DNA from: Octopus sinensis
Lineage: Eukaryota
Assembly (NCBI RefSeq): GCF_006345805.1
Contig: NC_043008.1
Coordinates: 73,904,001 to 73,968,000 of the forward strand
Direction: 5' to 3'
DNA length: 64,000 nt
The notes under the pieces are model-generated. The model had not been told where the DNA came from and made no database searches. It saw nothing but the letters and a program-made list of their open reading frames with translations. Positions 1 through 13,300 of this stretch are shown here, one piece after another (position 1 is the first letter of the stretch; each line of letters opens with the position of its first letter). A program made the translations under genes and the position numbers.

Positions 1-475
1 AGACACCCTGTTGTATGAAAGTAAGAATTTCTCTAGGAAAGCGATTTACGAGTACGACGAATATTAATGTAGGCGTACTTCTAATGCTGTTGCCTACTAC
101 GTATTATGCATGCACACATATGCAGTCCATGCTGCTATATCCAGAGATGCATACATGTCAGAAACAAAGTGTGATTTTGCGTATGTAAACATATATGCAC
201 GTGTGACAATGGAGAGAAAATAATCGAAAATGGACAAAGTCATAATCGAGCGGGTCAAGTCTCTTGGCAAACACAATGTGTTCAATTCTAGTACAACGTT
301 CAGTTCTAGTGTTTGGTATATTGGACATGTATTTTATAACCTGGTCATTGCTTGACCCGAACCTTTTGAATGAAATTTGGTAGATTCAAACTATGTAGGA
401 GGCCATTCTAATGGTTTATTGTATCGCTAAGAATTGAGAATTATAGTAACAGTCGAAAGTAAAGATTTATACATT

Positions 476-660
476 ATACGTGTGTGTGTGCGTGTGTGTA
501 TGTGTGTGCGTGTGCGTGAGTGTATGTGTGTGTATGTTTGCGTGTGTGTAAGTGTGTGTATGGGTGTTTGTGTGTGTATGTGTGTGTGAATGCATGTGTG
601 TGTGTGAATGCATGTGTGTGTATGTGTGTGTGAATGCGCGCGTGTGTGTACGTGTGCCTA
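476..660. repeat. Degenerate (TG)n/(CA)n microsatellite
   Basis: Continuous TG dinucleotide run with tgcg/tatg variants; explains the His/Thr and Val/Cys ORFs here. Confidence 0.95.
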
Positions 661-1060
661 CACATCGGAAAGAGTATAAAGGGTACGAGAGCGCATGTAC
701 AGATAACATTCTCAAAGTAGAAATTATTAAACTTAAACAGAAATCCTACTACTGAAGAAATATATTCGCCAGCAAATTTTATATCGTTCCTTGAAATGGG
801 GTTTAGATTTTAATCGGCCTAAACACACACGCACAAGCATTCACTATGGAATTAGCAATTGAAATTTAGTTAATAAAATTGAAAACCCATCTTTTGTAAC
901 AAAGAGATCTTCAAAAGGTATTTAATCATATTCGTGTTCTTTTCCTGTCAACTAGATATAGAGAATAAAATATATTCCATGATATATGATTCTTGGAAAC
1001 TTGTTTACGACTTTCAAGCAATTACATCATGTACGTATGCACGTGCGGATTATATATAAC

Positions 1061-1170
1061 TTTCTAACATAGGAACATGACCAGAAATTTGAAATGGGGA
1101 TTTGTTCGATTAAATCGAAGCCAATACTTAACTGATTTTTTACGTTAAAGACCCGGAAACAGAAGGGTGC
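1061..1170 (+). mobile_element. Decayed SINE central-domain fragment
   Basis: Degenerate match (ttcgattaaatcgaagccaatacttaactg...aaagacccggaaac) to the better-preserved copies at 22135-22290 and 50073-50262. Confidence 0.55.
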
Positions 1171-1892
1171 ATATTAAAGAAAAGATAAAGAATTGTAGGT
1201 AATGAAAGGATTAATGGACTATAGGATTTGTTGGAATAAAAGACAGGTGGGGTAGGTCAGTTTTGTGATACGGGGAAGTACAATAATGGGGGAAATATAC
1301 AGAAAATGGCAGGAAAGGAACATAGAGTTAATCAGAATATCAATTTTCTTACAAATTCCTCCCACTATTATAACTCTACGCCCTAAATATCTTCGAACTT
1401 CCTCAACTTCATCATCTTTAATTTCTAAATCTGCAGTTTATTTAATTATTTCATTACATGGAAATCCTCACCTTCCTCTTTTCGAACAACTCTTCCATGA
1501 CTACTATATAATATACATGTGAAAGATGAAGAGAATCGGGCCTCAAGCAAACAAGACGAAACGATACAGTGGACATACGAAAATAGAAAAATATGTAATT
1601 TACCGCCAAGATGGGAAGCATCACAGCCTTATCACTAAAGATGCCAAACTGCCTATTACCATTCTGGTTGATAACTGAGGAAGAATTAGGGACTCTCTGT
1701 GTCTTATATGTATACGTTTTTTATCTGTTGTTGTATATTTACAATGCATTTTTTCATTTATATATATATGGAGAGAGAGAGAGAGTGAGAGAGAGAGAGA
1801 GAGAGAAAGTAAATCCCGAAATACGAAGAGAAAGCGCAAAAAACAACGCCAGGACGTGGTAGATGTAAAGCATTAGCAGACGCCCAAGGTGG

Positions 1893-1925
1893 TTTTACGA
1901 TTCGAGCAGAGCTCTTTTTGAGAAA
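1893..1925 (-). ncRNA. Degenerate minimal hammerhead ribozyme remnant in the PLE 3' region
   Basis: Minus strand reads ctcAAAAA-GAGC-tct-GCTC-GAAT-CG-TAA. Stem II is intact but the core is mutated relative to CTGAAGA-A-GAGC...GCTC-GAAACGTH. A homologous remnant lies at 47968-48000. Confidence 0.45.
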
Positions 1926-2069
1926 CAGGAGACAAAAGAAATTCCAATAGAAAATGAAGACGAAGGAAAAAGAAATCGACAACGATTCACATGCGGTTAC
2001 ATTTTGAAATGACCGGAAGGGAATGGATGAAGAAAGACAGGAGAGTGTAAGAGAAGGAGGAATGCGTGA

Positions 2070-3330
2070 ATGTGTGTCGGTATGCGCGTGCGCGCAAGTC
2101 TGTGTGTGTGTGTAAGAGCATGTACGTGTGCATGTGTATGTATGTGTTCTGTGTGTAGTGTTTCTATGGTGTTGGCTGTTTATATGTGTGAGTGAAGCTT
2201 GTGTTTCTTAATGTTGTAGGAATTTCGGCAGCAGTGTCTCTTCATTTGTGCGTAGAGAAATGGTCAGTAGAAAGGTGTTTGACAGGCAGTTTGAAGTATG
2301 TGTGCGTGTATGTATATGTTGTATGTGTGTTTTGAGTGTAGTGTGTGCGTGTGTGTGCATGTGTGAGTGTGTGCGTGTATGTGCGTGTATGTTTGTGTAT
2401 GTGCGTGTGTGTCTATATGTGTGTGCGTGGGTGTGTGTGTGTGGAGTTATATGTGCGTTCCTGTCTGTGTGCACATGTGTGCGTGCAGTTGTGTGCGTGT
2501 ATGTGCGTGTGTGTATGTGCGTGTGTGCATGCCCATGTAAGTGTGCTTGTATGTATGAGTGTGAGTTGTGTGTGGGAGGTACGTGTGCGTTCATGTGCGT
2601 ATGTGTGTATGTGTGTGCATGTGTATATGTCTATTCGCAAGTGTGTGTGTGTATGTGCGTGTGTACGTTGGGTTGTGTGTGGTGCGTATGTATATGTGTG
2701 TGCGTGTGTGTATGTATATGCGTGTGTATATGTCTGTGTGCTTGTGTGTGTGTGCGTGTGTATATGTGTGTGTACGTGGGGTTCTGTTTGGAATTATGTG
2801 CGTTTTTGTGCATATACGAGCGTAAGTGTGTGTGCGCATGTGTGTATATGCGTGTAGTTGTGTGCACGTGCGTGCGTGTATATGTGCGTGTGTGTGTGTA
2901 TGTAGACGTGTGTATGTATGTGTGGCTTGTGTGCGTTGGTTATGTGTACATTCCTGTGCGTGTGTGTATATGTTCGTGTGTGTGTGTGTGCGTGTGCGTG
3001 GTGTGTGTGTGTGTGGGGGGAGGTATATGTGCATTCATGTGTGCGCGCGTGCTTGCATGTGTGGTGTGTCTGTAGGAGCGCGTGTGTATGTGAGTGTATG
3101 CGTGGGGTTGTGTGTATGGAGGTATATGTACGTTGCTGTGTGCGAGCGTGTGTGTCTGCGCGTATGTGTGTGTGTGCATGTGTATGTGTGTGTGAGTGCA
3201 TGTATGTGTGTTGTGTGCATGTGTGTTGTATGTGTGGGAGGCATATGTGCGCTCATGTGATTGCGCGTGTGTATACTTGTGAGTGTGTGTGTATATATGT
3301 ACGTGTGTTTATGTATGGGTGCTTGTATAC
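2070..3330. repeat. 1.3-kb degenerate TG/CA array with a recurring higher-order motif (ggaggtatatgtgcgttcatgtg-like)
   Basis: TG-rich throughout; motif variants near 2445, 2575, 3018 and 3237. Confidence 0.9.
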
Positions 3331-6300
3331 AGTAATAAAATATAAAATATAATCGATAAAAGAGAGGAAAATGGGGTAAAGGGTACTAGATGTAAAAATA
3401 AAAAATGAATAAAAAAGGGATAAAATAGAACTTAATACAATTATAAAAACAATTGATACAATTCAAAATTTTTTTACTTCGACAGAAAAAAACGATAAAA
3501 AATCGAAAAAAGTTAACACTGTAAATAAATAAGTAGGTATAATAGACAATAAAATACGGTAAAAAATAAAATAACAAGTTGTTTTTTTAAGGAGGATGTC
3601 GAGACAATCGTTAAGAGGAGGGTGTTGTGTTGAGTCCGAAGGAGTTTGTGTTTGTAGACTGAAAATGTAAAGCTGTTCCAGGCGGAGTCGAGATTTTTGT
3701 GGATCGATGGTGCAGGGCGAGGCCAAAAACTGTGATATTAGAGGTGGATTGTTTGGTCAAGCGGAAATGACAAGTGATGGGAATGTTCATCTTGTAGATG
3801 TTTAGTGAACCGGTCGGCCAGCTGGCGGCCCGTTTGACCAACGTAGAGTTTATTGCAGATATTACGTCTAACGCAATAGATAAGGCTTGAAGAGGTGAGG
3901 AGAAGGAGTTTCTAATGTGGAGAGTGTGTTGGTTGGATTCAGTGCGGGAAGTGTTGTTGACAAAAGGGCAAGTGTGGAAGCGGGATCTAGAGCAAGAGAA
4001 TGATCCGGGTGGTGCTGGGGGGAAGAAAAGAAGGTGCTACGGATCAGAAGATCGCGTCAGTTACGGGCGCATTTAAAGGAGGACAAGGGTGGGTAGGGAA
4101 AATGGTGTGGGTGGTGGGGTTTAGCTGGAGACAACGGAAAGCCTGTAGGATCCTCCAATGAAGGGGTAGGGTGGAGGGGTGGAAAATGAGGGGAAGGGTG
4201 AAGTTAGGAGATTGGTGTGAGGAAGGAGAGGTGGTGCGATTGATTAGACGAGCGCGGACAAGGGCGGTTTGGACAAGGGTTGAGAGCATCCTCGATGCAT
4301 GAAAAGGTGGGCAAGGTATTGGGGCTGGGTCTCGAAATCCTGGTCCCGGCTGCACAAGCGTCGGAGGCGGAGGAACTGGGAATAGGGGATGGCCCGTTTG
4401 GTGTGAGAGGGATGTGACGAAGGCGGAGGTGGTGAGAGGTGGAGGTCAATGGTAAGAGAGATATCTAGGAAGTGAATCGAGGTGTTAGAGATGGTAGAGG
4501 TAAATTGGAGAGAAGAGTAAAAGTTAGAGAGGAAAGGGATGAAATGACAGTGTTGCTCGCGGAAGAGGGAGGTAGCGCCTATACAGTCATCTATATAGCG
4601 GCCGTATAGCTCTAGTGTCGGTTCGGAAAACTGGGAAAATACTTAGGCCTCAATATGACCACCAAATAGGTTGGCGAAATTAGGGCACATTCTCATTCCC
4701 ACAGCGACCCAGACATCTATTGGTAAATTTCCCCGGTGGACGCAAAGCACTTGCTAGACGGAGAATGGTGGAGGTGTTGGATGTAATTAGGATAAATTAA
4801 ACATTCAAAAGCATTTCTTGAAATATTGAGAATTGTTCTATATTTTTGATTTGTAATTTGATATCTTAATCCGAAATATCAACTACTAGCCAATCGTTGA
4901 CCAGTTGAAGTACTAATACTTTTCTAAACTTTACTGTAGAGACACCCGTTCTCTTTATAATGACAGCAAGAGTTTGCTTCAAATCACTAAAGAGCAAGAC
5001 TGTGATTGCATTCGAGTTGCAATATGAGTTCTTGAAAAGCCCGATGAAGAGTCAGAAATAAAAACAAAGCAAAACAGATATTGAGCATTCATGTCAGGCT
5101 TTCAACTCGGTTGGATTGAGAACTATTGATGCTCAGACCCTTTAACAACATTGCAAATGGAACTGTCATTTTGTGCCTCTTTGAGTGGCTCCTTAAAGCT
5201 AGAATGACCTGTTCTGTGTAAGTAATTTCAGATGTGGGCCACTGAAATAATAATTTCTTTCAATAAACAAAGATTTTGCCAAATTTTACTGCCACCAGAA
5301 TGAAATGTCCTTATCTGCATTATATTCCACCCGAGCGAAATGCCCTTAAGTGTTATAACTTTGTTTGGGCATTTCTCTGCAAGTGAAACTAATTCGTTTT
5401 CATAGACATACCATTGTAATTTGTTAAGTCCTTTAACTAGTTGCCTGAAAAAAGAAACAGGACATGCAGCTATCGTTTATATTGGCAATCGACACTGATC
5501 AAATTGTTGTTATACGATGCACTGTATAGTACATTCCATGAGGAAGAATAGTTCTTGATTTTCTATAAAAGAGGTAAAATAACAACGTGGGTCATTTCTG
5601 GTTCTGGGTATCAGATGGGATACACAGAACAGGTTTCCCCTACTTTCCATGCATCATATATGATGCACTTGCAATTTTTTCTCGCACTTGTGACTAATGA
5701 GAGGAAAGCTTTATATTAGAAAGAGCATAAATCACAAGTGGCTACATACACACACACATACACACATACACCACCCCCACACATTTACACACACATACAC
5801 ACACGCTCTCTCTTTCTCACGCACACAAATATATCATAAATATAGATATAGACAGCGAGATAGATTAGTTTCAAGATTCACTAGAATTTAGAATCTAGGT
5901 GCATCAATAGCTAGGTACATGGACTAGCTAGTTACAGTTACATTGAGACCACAGTGAGATAAAAGCAGACATTATATCTCCTATATACAGCAAGTGTATA
6001 TATACAGAAGCATGGAATTCAATGTAAACCGGAGATCCGACTCATGGTTTTGCTAGGTCTGACGTAAATATAAAAGGAATAACATAGATAGGGTTTTAAA
6101 ATTTAGTGCAGCTGTTTCGGTGGACTTTTACTGATGTAATCATAGATTGCATTATTCAGTATTTCAAATGTAATGAGAAAAGAGGTGTAAAACGTTTTTT
6201 CACAAAGGAGGAAATGTAAAATTTGTTGTTTCTTTATTTACAATTATCCTTTTTAGCTTCCATTATCAATTTTATATGCAAGGGTATACTTAATTTACGC

Positions 6301-6496
6301 GTCTATTGATTTCAGAAGAAATTTATTTCAAGATTTATTCAATTATACCAAATTGAAAAACGAATTCATAAAGTAATTCATTTTGCTCAAATGTAGCTAT
6401 TCTCTATACAGAAACGTTAAGAAGAATGTCAGATTATCAGTGACGTTTCCTGTGAATCACGTATATTGTAACATATATATACGTGTATATATATAT

Positions 6497-6882
<386 letters not shown>

Positions 6883-6989
6883 TTTATTTTATTGACGTAA
6901 TCATAGATTACATCATAGCATAACTCCAGCATCCTTTGCTCCTAGAATGTTCCTTATACTTCTCCGAATTGTCTATAAATTGGATTATT

Positions 6990-8460
6990 CTGTGTTAAAA
7001 TAACACTTATTTTCGAGTGCAATATTCAAATATCCCAAGCAATATGGTTTGTGGCACATTCTCTTGAATGTAGATTTGTAACATATTCTGTAGAAACTGG
7101 CTTTGCTTTAGCTACAACTTCCTTGCAATCAGAAATGCGAGTAATTTTTCATAAAATCTATTTCATAAGTCTCTAGAAATTTTACTGTAATATTTTCTCG
7201 GAATTTTGGCAAGTGTCCGCGTTTTTCTTGTAAGCTATCACGCTTTTTGATTCTTGAAGTTGAGAATAATATGCAAAGTCCTAACTTGATAGGTTGTTGT
7301 GAAGTAGAAAACTTGTATAGAATAAAATCGTTTTGTAGTGCAATACCTATGAGATACAAATAAAATATTTCGATATCACTTTACACTTTTTCATACGAGA
7401 TTATTTGATCTGAAAGATCGATACCTTCCATTGCTCTTACATAATCTAAAATAACCTGGAATTTAAAGATAATATTAACTGTACAGTTCATTTTACCATT
7501 ATCTCTGATGTGATCAGAGAAATTTGAAATCAGAAACACTTGCTTTGCTTCCCTATAAGTTCATTGTTCATAGTTCTTCTTTGTTTACTACCTTTTTTTT
7601 ATTTCTACTTCTCATTTTAGCATATTTTACTGAAATATGTATGCATATTCTATTGGACGTCATCATTCCACAGTAATCAGTATTTTTGCCTCTTAGATGA
7701 TTTGCAAAATGAATACTACTGTATACTTTACCAGCTACCAAAAGTCTTCCTTCACTAAACAGGGATTCAGGCAATGTAACAACTGACCTGGTATAGTCCA
7801 AGCCAGTTATATTTTCTCTTTCCCACAATATACTGCAAACTTTCATCTCACCCAAACTTGAACAATTTTATTCTACATATATGTGCTTTTCTTGGGATAT
7901 ATTGTCAAAATAGAATCCTACCCCCACAAGGGATCACAGTCTCATTTACGGAAATTTCTTAATCGGGTACATATACTTATTGAATATTAGAAATAAGCGC
8001 TTCTACGAAATATAGTCTATGCAGTTTCCCTTGTGTTGAAAATCTGGATAGTCCGTAAAATGTTATGATTTTAGAAGGGTCAAATCCACTATAACTTATG
8101 CCAATTAAATGGAATAGTGGATGATTGAATAAAGAATTTTCTACCCAGTAATCTATAGCGTAGGATAATTTGATAGTCATGTAGCAAGAATGAACCCAAG
8201 AAGAATTTTCATCTCTTCTTTTGTGATGTCAGACACCATCTAGCGATTGTTGATGTACGATGAACTTGATGGGATGATCCTATATACTCCTGAGCCTATC
8301 TGTTGGTTTCGACGAACACTAAATCAATGGTGGTTTTAGATGTTGAGGAGTTCAATTAACTTCACAGCACTATTCTCATTATGTGTAATAAATTTTAGTC
8401 AATCGTCATCCGGAAAGGCGATCTGGTCTAGTAACATCTTACTACCACTCAGATAGATTT
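6990..8460 (-). pseudogene. piggyBac (PGBD-type) transposase fossil
   Basis: Frameshifted minus-strand translation gives VETNR*AQ, DITKEEMKILLG, DYWVENSLFNHPLF, SVNETVIP..GRILF*QYIP.K, EGRLLVAGKVYSS, VILDYVRAMEGIDLSDQ and a C-terminal KPYCL cysteine-rich remnant, in piggyBac order. Two catalytic Asp positions are lost. Confidence 0.8.
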
Positions 8461-9739
8461 TGTCTTTCTAATTGTTGCGTATTAGTGCAAATAGAGAGTT
8501 CGTGTTCCAGATATCATGAACCAGGATCAGATTGTGCTTTGAAACATTCATTTGAAGATTTATATCATCAGTATAAAATCATATTCGCTGTAACCGGCAA
8601 TGATTTAAAAGTTGTACCAGTGTTGTTATCACTAGCTATTCGAGCCCGTTTTCCATTAAATGTATTTATCTCCATTTCTATTATTCCGATATGTAATTCA
8701 TAATATTTTGTGACATTTTATAATTTAGACAAGACATGCACTTATCTTCCTGTACCTATCAAGTAATCAAAATATAATTATTGCTGTCCAAAGCATTTTC
8801 GTAAGTTTGTCCCCAACGGCCATGCTTGTTTTCAGACTTCTTGTTATTAGAGATTAATTCGGTTTAGTCGGTGGTAACGTGTTGAACGCAGAATATAACA
8901 CACACAAAATAAAAATTGGTTATAAACTCACCAGTTGTGTTACCAATTACTGATGCTGCGCTCTATGGGTTACACAGGATAACTATGATTTTACTGCATG
9001 TGAAACATTATATGACCGCTTAAAACACGCCAAGTAAAACACATGAATGTCCAACAAATAAAAGTCTGAAAACAAGTATGGACATTTTGCATATGCACAT
9101 TTGTACTATTAAAAATTATATCTTTGAAAAACCTTACCGGTCATGGGATATGCTAGAAATGACATCCCAATCTCCATTTAATCACACATCTTTCCGTCTG
9201 AAAATACTTTTTTCTTTAACCGAAAACTCTTTTCAAATAGTTTTTAAGCGCGTAGTTCTCAAAAACATTCATCGTGCATAGTACCCACAAAATCGACCAA
9301 AATCGGTCCAGAGAAGGGAAGAGGCGATGAGGGAATAAAATGTTTTTTGAAAAATGTTTTTGTTAAAAGGATTCTCCCGATTATTTCCAAGGGCACCGTG
9401 AAAAGAAACTAAAAAATCACCGTCAAAACTGAAAACTTCCAGCTTACGTGGGCCATCTGTTGCTAACATCCGCTGAAAATTTGACTCAAACGTTAGTTTT
9501 GGTTGTTTCTGAAAAATAATTAGAAGTCAATGCAGTATGTGTGTGTGACAGTGTGTTGCTAGTATGTTAGTGGGTGTGTTCACCACGTTCTCTCTCGTTA
9601 ATTAACTTAATGCGAAGAGACAGAAAATACCTTCTACACGGTCGGCGACGTGGCTAGAAATGGCAGCCAAATGACAACAGACATAATCTCTCTCTCTCTT
9701 TCTCTCTTTTTCTGTATATATACAAATATATCATGGGAG

Positions 9740-9792
9740 ATAGCGCGAAAACGACCTATCTCCAGCATGCTTGAGACAGGCCGTTTTCGCCC

Positions 9793-9795
<3 letters not shown>
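9740..9795. other. 56-nt near-perfect hairpin
   Basis: atagcgcgaaaacgacctatctc pairs with gagacaggccgttttcgccctat (20/23 Watson-Crick) around the loop cagcatgctt, which contains the palindrome agcatgct. Confidence 0.85.
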
Positions 9796-9796
<1 letters not shown>

Positions 9797-9830
<34 letters not shown>

Positions 9831-9921
9831 CATATATATATATATACATATACATATATATATACACACACACACACATATATATATACGTATACACATA
9901 CGATTCCAAGCAGTAACCTGA

Positions 9922-9972
<51 letters not shown>
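9797..9972. repeat. Compound microsatellite (TA)n-(CA)n ... (AAT)n
   Basis: Direct reading. Confidence 0.95.
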
Positions 9973-9975
<3 letters not shown>

Positions 9976-10023
9976 TCGAAAAATACCTTAGGAATGAGAA
10001 CCCAGGTTCGAAATTTCCTCAAG

Positions 10024-10067
10024 ACACCTGATGAAGGCTGGAGGGTATATCAGCCGTAACGTTGTGT
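10024..10067 (+). ncRNA. Minimal type I hammerhead ribozyme (PLE pLTR type), core A13 mutated
   Basis: ACAC-CTGATGA-A-GGCTG-gagggtatat-CAGCC-GTAA-CGT-T-GTGT. Stem I is ACAC/GTGT, stem II is GGCTG/CAGCC, stem III is the palindrome ACGT, the triplet is GUU, and GAAA reads GTAA. Confidence 0.8.
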
Positions 10068-13000
10068 AAACAACAAACAAGATGAGGACAAAGTCCGTCA
10101 AATGTAAATAATGTAAATAATGTATATATATATGAAGTTATCTGTAAATGTAAAGATAAGTAAGTTAGGCATGTCAATATACAATGTATATTAAATACAT
10201 GTTTACAAAAATTGTATGTATGTTTACATAGAAAATGTTCTGACTTACAGAGACTATAAATGCTATCAAGAACTAAATGTTTGAAGAAAAGTATTATAAA
10301 TCCAACAGCTGCTTCTGATGACTCAGTGGTTGTAATAATGTTTGTAGATTGATTCCATCGTCGGATGAGACGAACCTCCATCTTCAGGGAAGTTATCTTA
10401 TATTAGAGGTGTTAACAGAAATAAGTTCAAAGATGGAATGATTTTGTGAAGAGCTACGTGTATTAAAGGGGAAATTGGCGAGGTATTCAGATAGAGGATA
10501 GTGAGAAGAGAAAATAAATTTCAAATTAGTATCTTTCAATATCACTTATTCTCTTAAAGATGGCCTTAATCATCGCCCGAAAGTACGCACCCAACTCTCG
10601 ATCTGAAATCGATATCACCCTGGTTGCTAAGAAGAGTCAACACCGATCCAACAACTCTCTAAAAACAAAAACAAAACAAAACAAAAATCGCATTCGGTAG
10701 CCCCACTGACTATTGCAAGCCTATAACAACTGATCCACCCAATACAACCACGCACTCTAAACATTCTAAGGCCAGGAAGCAAGAAATCTTATGTTTCGCA
10801 CCACCTTTATATCTCTTCCCATGCTTTTCTTTAAAATTCTAAAATCAAATTTTGAGATTGTCTAAACGAATATAAATTGTCGATATATTCATTTTCTTAC
10901 ATCACATGATACACGACACATTAATTTGTAGGGCATTCCAAATGCGACACATTAATTAAAAGAATTACTTTACTGTCCTATCCGGGTTAATTTGGTACCC
11001 AGAATAGTTACATCTATAATGTCACACACATTTACATTGACCTGTTTTTAATATTTCGTAACAATCTGTCGCACACATTCTTTACAAAATTATTTTCATA
11101 TATTTAAGAAGACCCTGTTGTATATATAGCATTCACGCACACAATTGATACATGCGCGCGAGCACACACATGCGCATATACTTCTATAGATATATGTATA
11201 CATACGTGTATGTATATGTATATATAGTCATATATATACACAGACTTACACACAAACACACACAAATATATAAAGAACATCTAACATTGCAGTTGTTAAA
11301 TCCTAATAGTAATGGCTAAAGAACTTATATGATCACGTCCGTAAATAGCAGTCTTGTCAAGTATTCTCTATTATTCTGGAGGTGAATGTACGAGATTGAA
11401 AAGACAAACGAAAATATGTGCAATCATAAAGAATGAATAGACTAATCTCAGTTGGTAGACATTGCATTGGCTGAAGAAATATGGAAGTGACAGTCAATAA
11501 GAGAAAGGAAAAAATGTTGCAACAATTTACAAAATAAAAGAAACACGAGTAGAAAAAATTGGCACATAAGAACTACAGAGAGAAAAAATATAAAAATAAT
11601 TGGAGAAACACAATAGAATTCGGTTATTGAAGTTGCGTGAGGCCATTACTGAATAAAAAGAAATGTTCTGGGTACAAACAAAGCTTATTTAGACTTACTA
11701 GCAGTCTATGAATAATTGACATGAAATACCCTAAAGTAATTTTGATGCCAACGCGAAAAGTGACGAGGGTGGGGATGAGAGAACATGGTTTCTTCAGATT
11801 TTCTTTGAAATAAAAATTTCATCAAATCAAGATTGGCTGGAATTAGTAGATATATTTGTGAGAATATTTAAATTTATTTTCAACGAGAAAGTTTCGAAAT
11901 TTTATGAAGAACTAGTTTGATTGGAGTATTTAATTGGATTAGAAGGTGGAAAATGGTGGAAGAAATATAGCAAGTAATGAGAGAGAGAGAGGTGATTGAA
12001 TTAATTGTATGGTATTTAGAATATAAGAACAGAAGGGTAAAATGTTTTATAATCAGGTGGAATAATTGAATAGTTACCGGTTTTGAGATGAGAAGAAAGC
12101 TGAACTTGCGAAATTGCATATACAAGTAATTATCTATCTATGGTGGCCTATGTATCTATCATCCACCTCTCACTATGTACTCACTTTGAGTAACACACAC
12201 ACATTTAGAATTGCAAGTGTATACATACATACATGTGTACACACACGCACATTTATACATACATATAGTAAGATGCATATACTCATAGATACATACACAT
12301 CTATATGTACACGTATAGATACACACACATGTGCATACATGCATACATACATACATACATGCATACATACGTACATACGTACATACATACTCTTACACAT
12401 AAGGATTATAACGATCCACTTTAAAGCCATTCTTATTTTAAATTAAGCATCTTATTCTATTTAGAGAAATTCAATGCAATAAATTTTACTTGAGTGATGA
12501 GCGGATGATGGAGTTCCGTGTGGTATTTCTCTTATGTTCTCTTAAGTCTTTTAGATCTATAAAATCTATTAAACTAAATTCGACATTCCTTTACGAAAAT
12601 ATCTTCCGGTTAATGGTATTATACTTTTTTCTTTAAATATTGTTTGTTTCCTCTGCGTATTTTTTTCAACGTGACTATTGTTTTATTTATTAGCGGCACA
12701 GGAGTAATTTATTTGGAGAATTAAAGTCATCAAGATGACTAGAATAGGTTGAACACTAAAACGAAGTCTATAATATTCTAGGTCTTCAAATTCTTTGAAG
12801 AAAAATAAATTTTCTATTGTAGTTAATGCTTGAGAGTAGTAAAACATAAATATCAAAATCACTTGGGGAATTGCAAGTGTAGCACACACACACACATACA
12901 CTTGTATTCATAAAATGAGAAGTATGTTGTTATCTCTTTCTCCCGATTGTGTAGATCTATTATCTAAAACCATCCCAGTTGTGGCCGTCCCATTTTGCCA

Positions 13001-13204
13001 CCGAGGAGGACCACATTATTCTATGTATTTCTTCCAATGCCTCTCTTGCTAGATTTGTGATAAATATGGTTACTATTTGATGCATCGCAAACAACTACAT
13101 AAGCATTCTTCAGTTGATTTCACACACGCGCACATGTATATACAATATATACATTATATATACAAACGCACAAACATTACTTATACCAGTAAAGACGAAC
13201 AAGT

Positions 13205-13300
13205 GTGAGTGTCTGTGGACTAAGTTTTGCAATGTTGGTCTTATGATCATAAGTTCGAGGGTTCAACACCTAGTCCAGGTGACACATTGTTTGAGTGTGG
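13205..13300 (+). mobile_element. Decayed tRNA-derived SINE head
   Basis: Box A/B-like layout (gtctgtggactaag...gagggttcaacacc) without a complete cloverleaf. Confidence 0.4.

Larger units (their letters stand above)
1790..4790 (-). mobile_element. Penelope-like retroelement, 5'-truncated copy 1 (RT + GIY-YIG pseudogene, T-rich spacer, CA array, hammerhead remnant)
   Basis: Minus strand 4790-3590 translates, with stops and frameshifts, to PLE RT motifs (PNFANLF, LYGRYIDDCIG, IHFLDISL, HPSHTKRAIPYSQFLRLRRLCS) followed by GIY-YIG motifs (CNKLYVGQTGRQLADRFTKHLQD, SRLRLEQLYIF). The downstream non-coding part is homologous to copy 2 at 47880-49205. Confidence 0.88.

Noticed and set aside
1200-1520. 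Abrupt purine/pyrimidine skew switch at ~1335 suggesting an inverted junction
   Set aside because: No sequence complementarity between the halves and no recognisable translation.
467-3352. Many ORFs rich in His/Thr or Cys/Val (up to 275 aa)
   Set aside because: They are translations of (CA)n/(TG)n arrays, which lack stop codons; no domain content.
9160-9510. Possible non-autonomous DNA transposon (aaaatcgaccaaaatcggtcc-type interior)
   Set aside because: No terminal inverted repeats or target duplication could be located.
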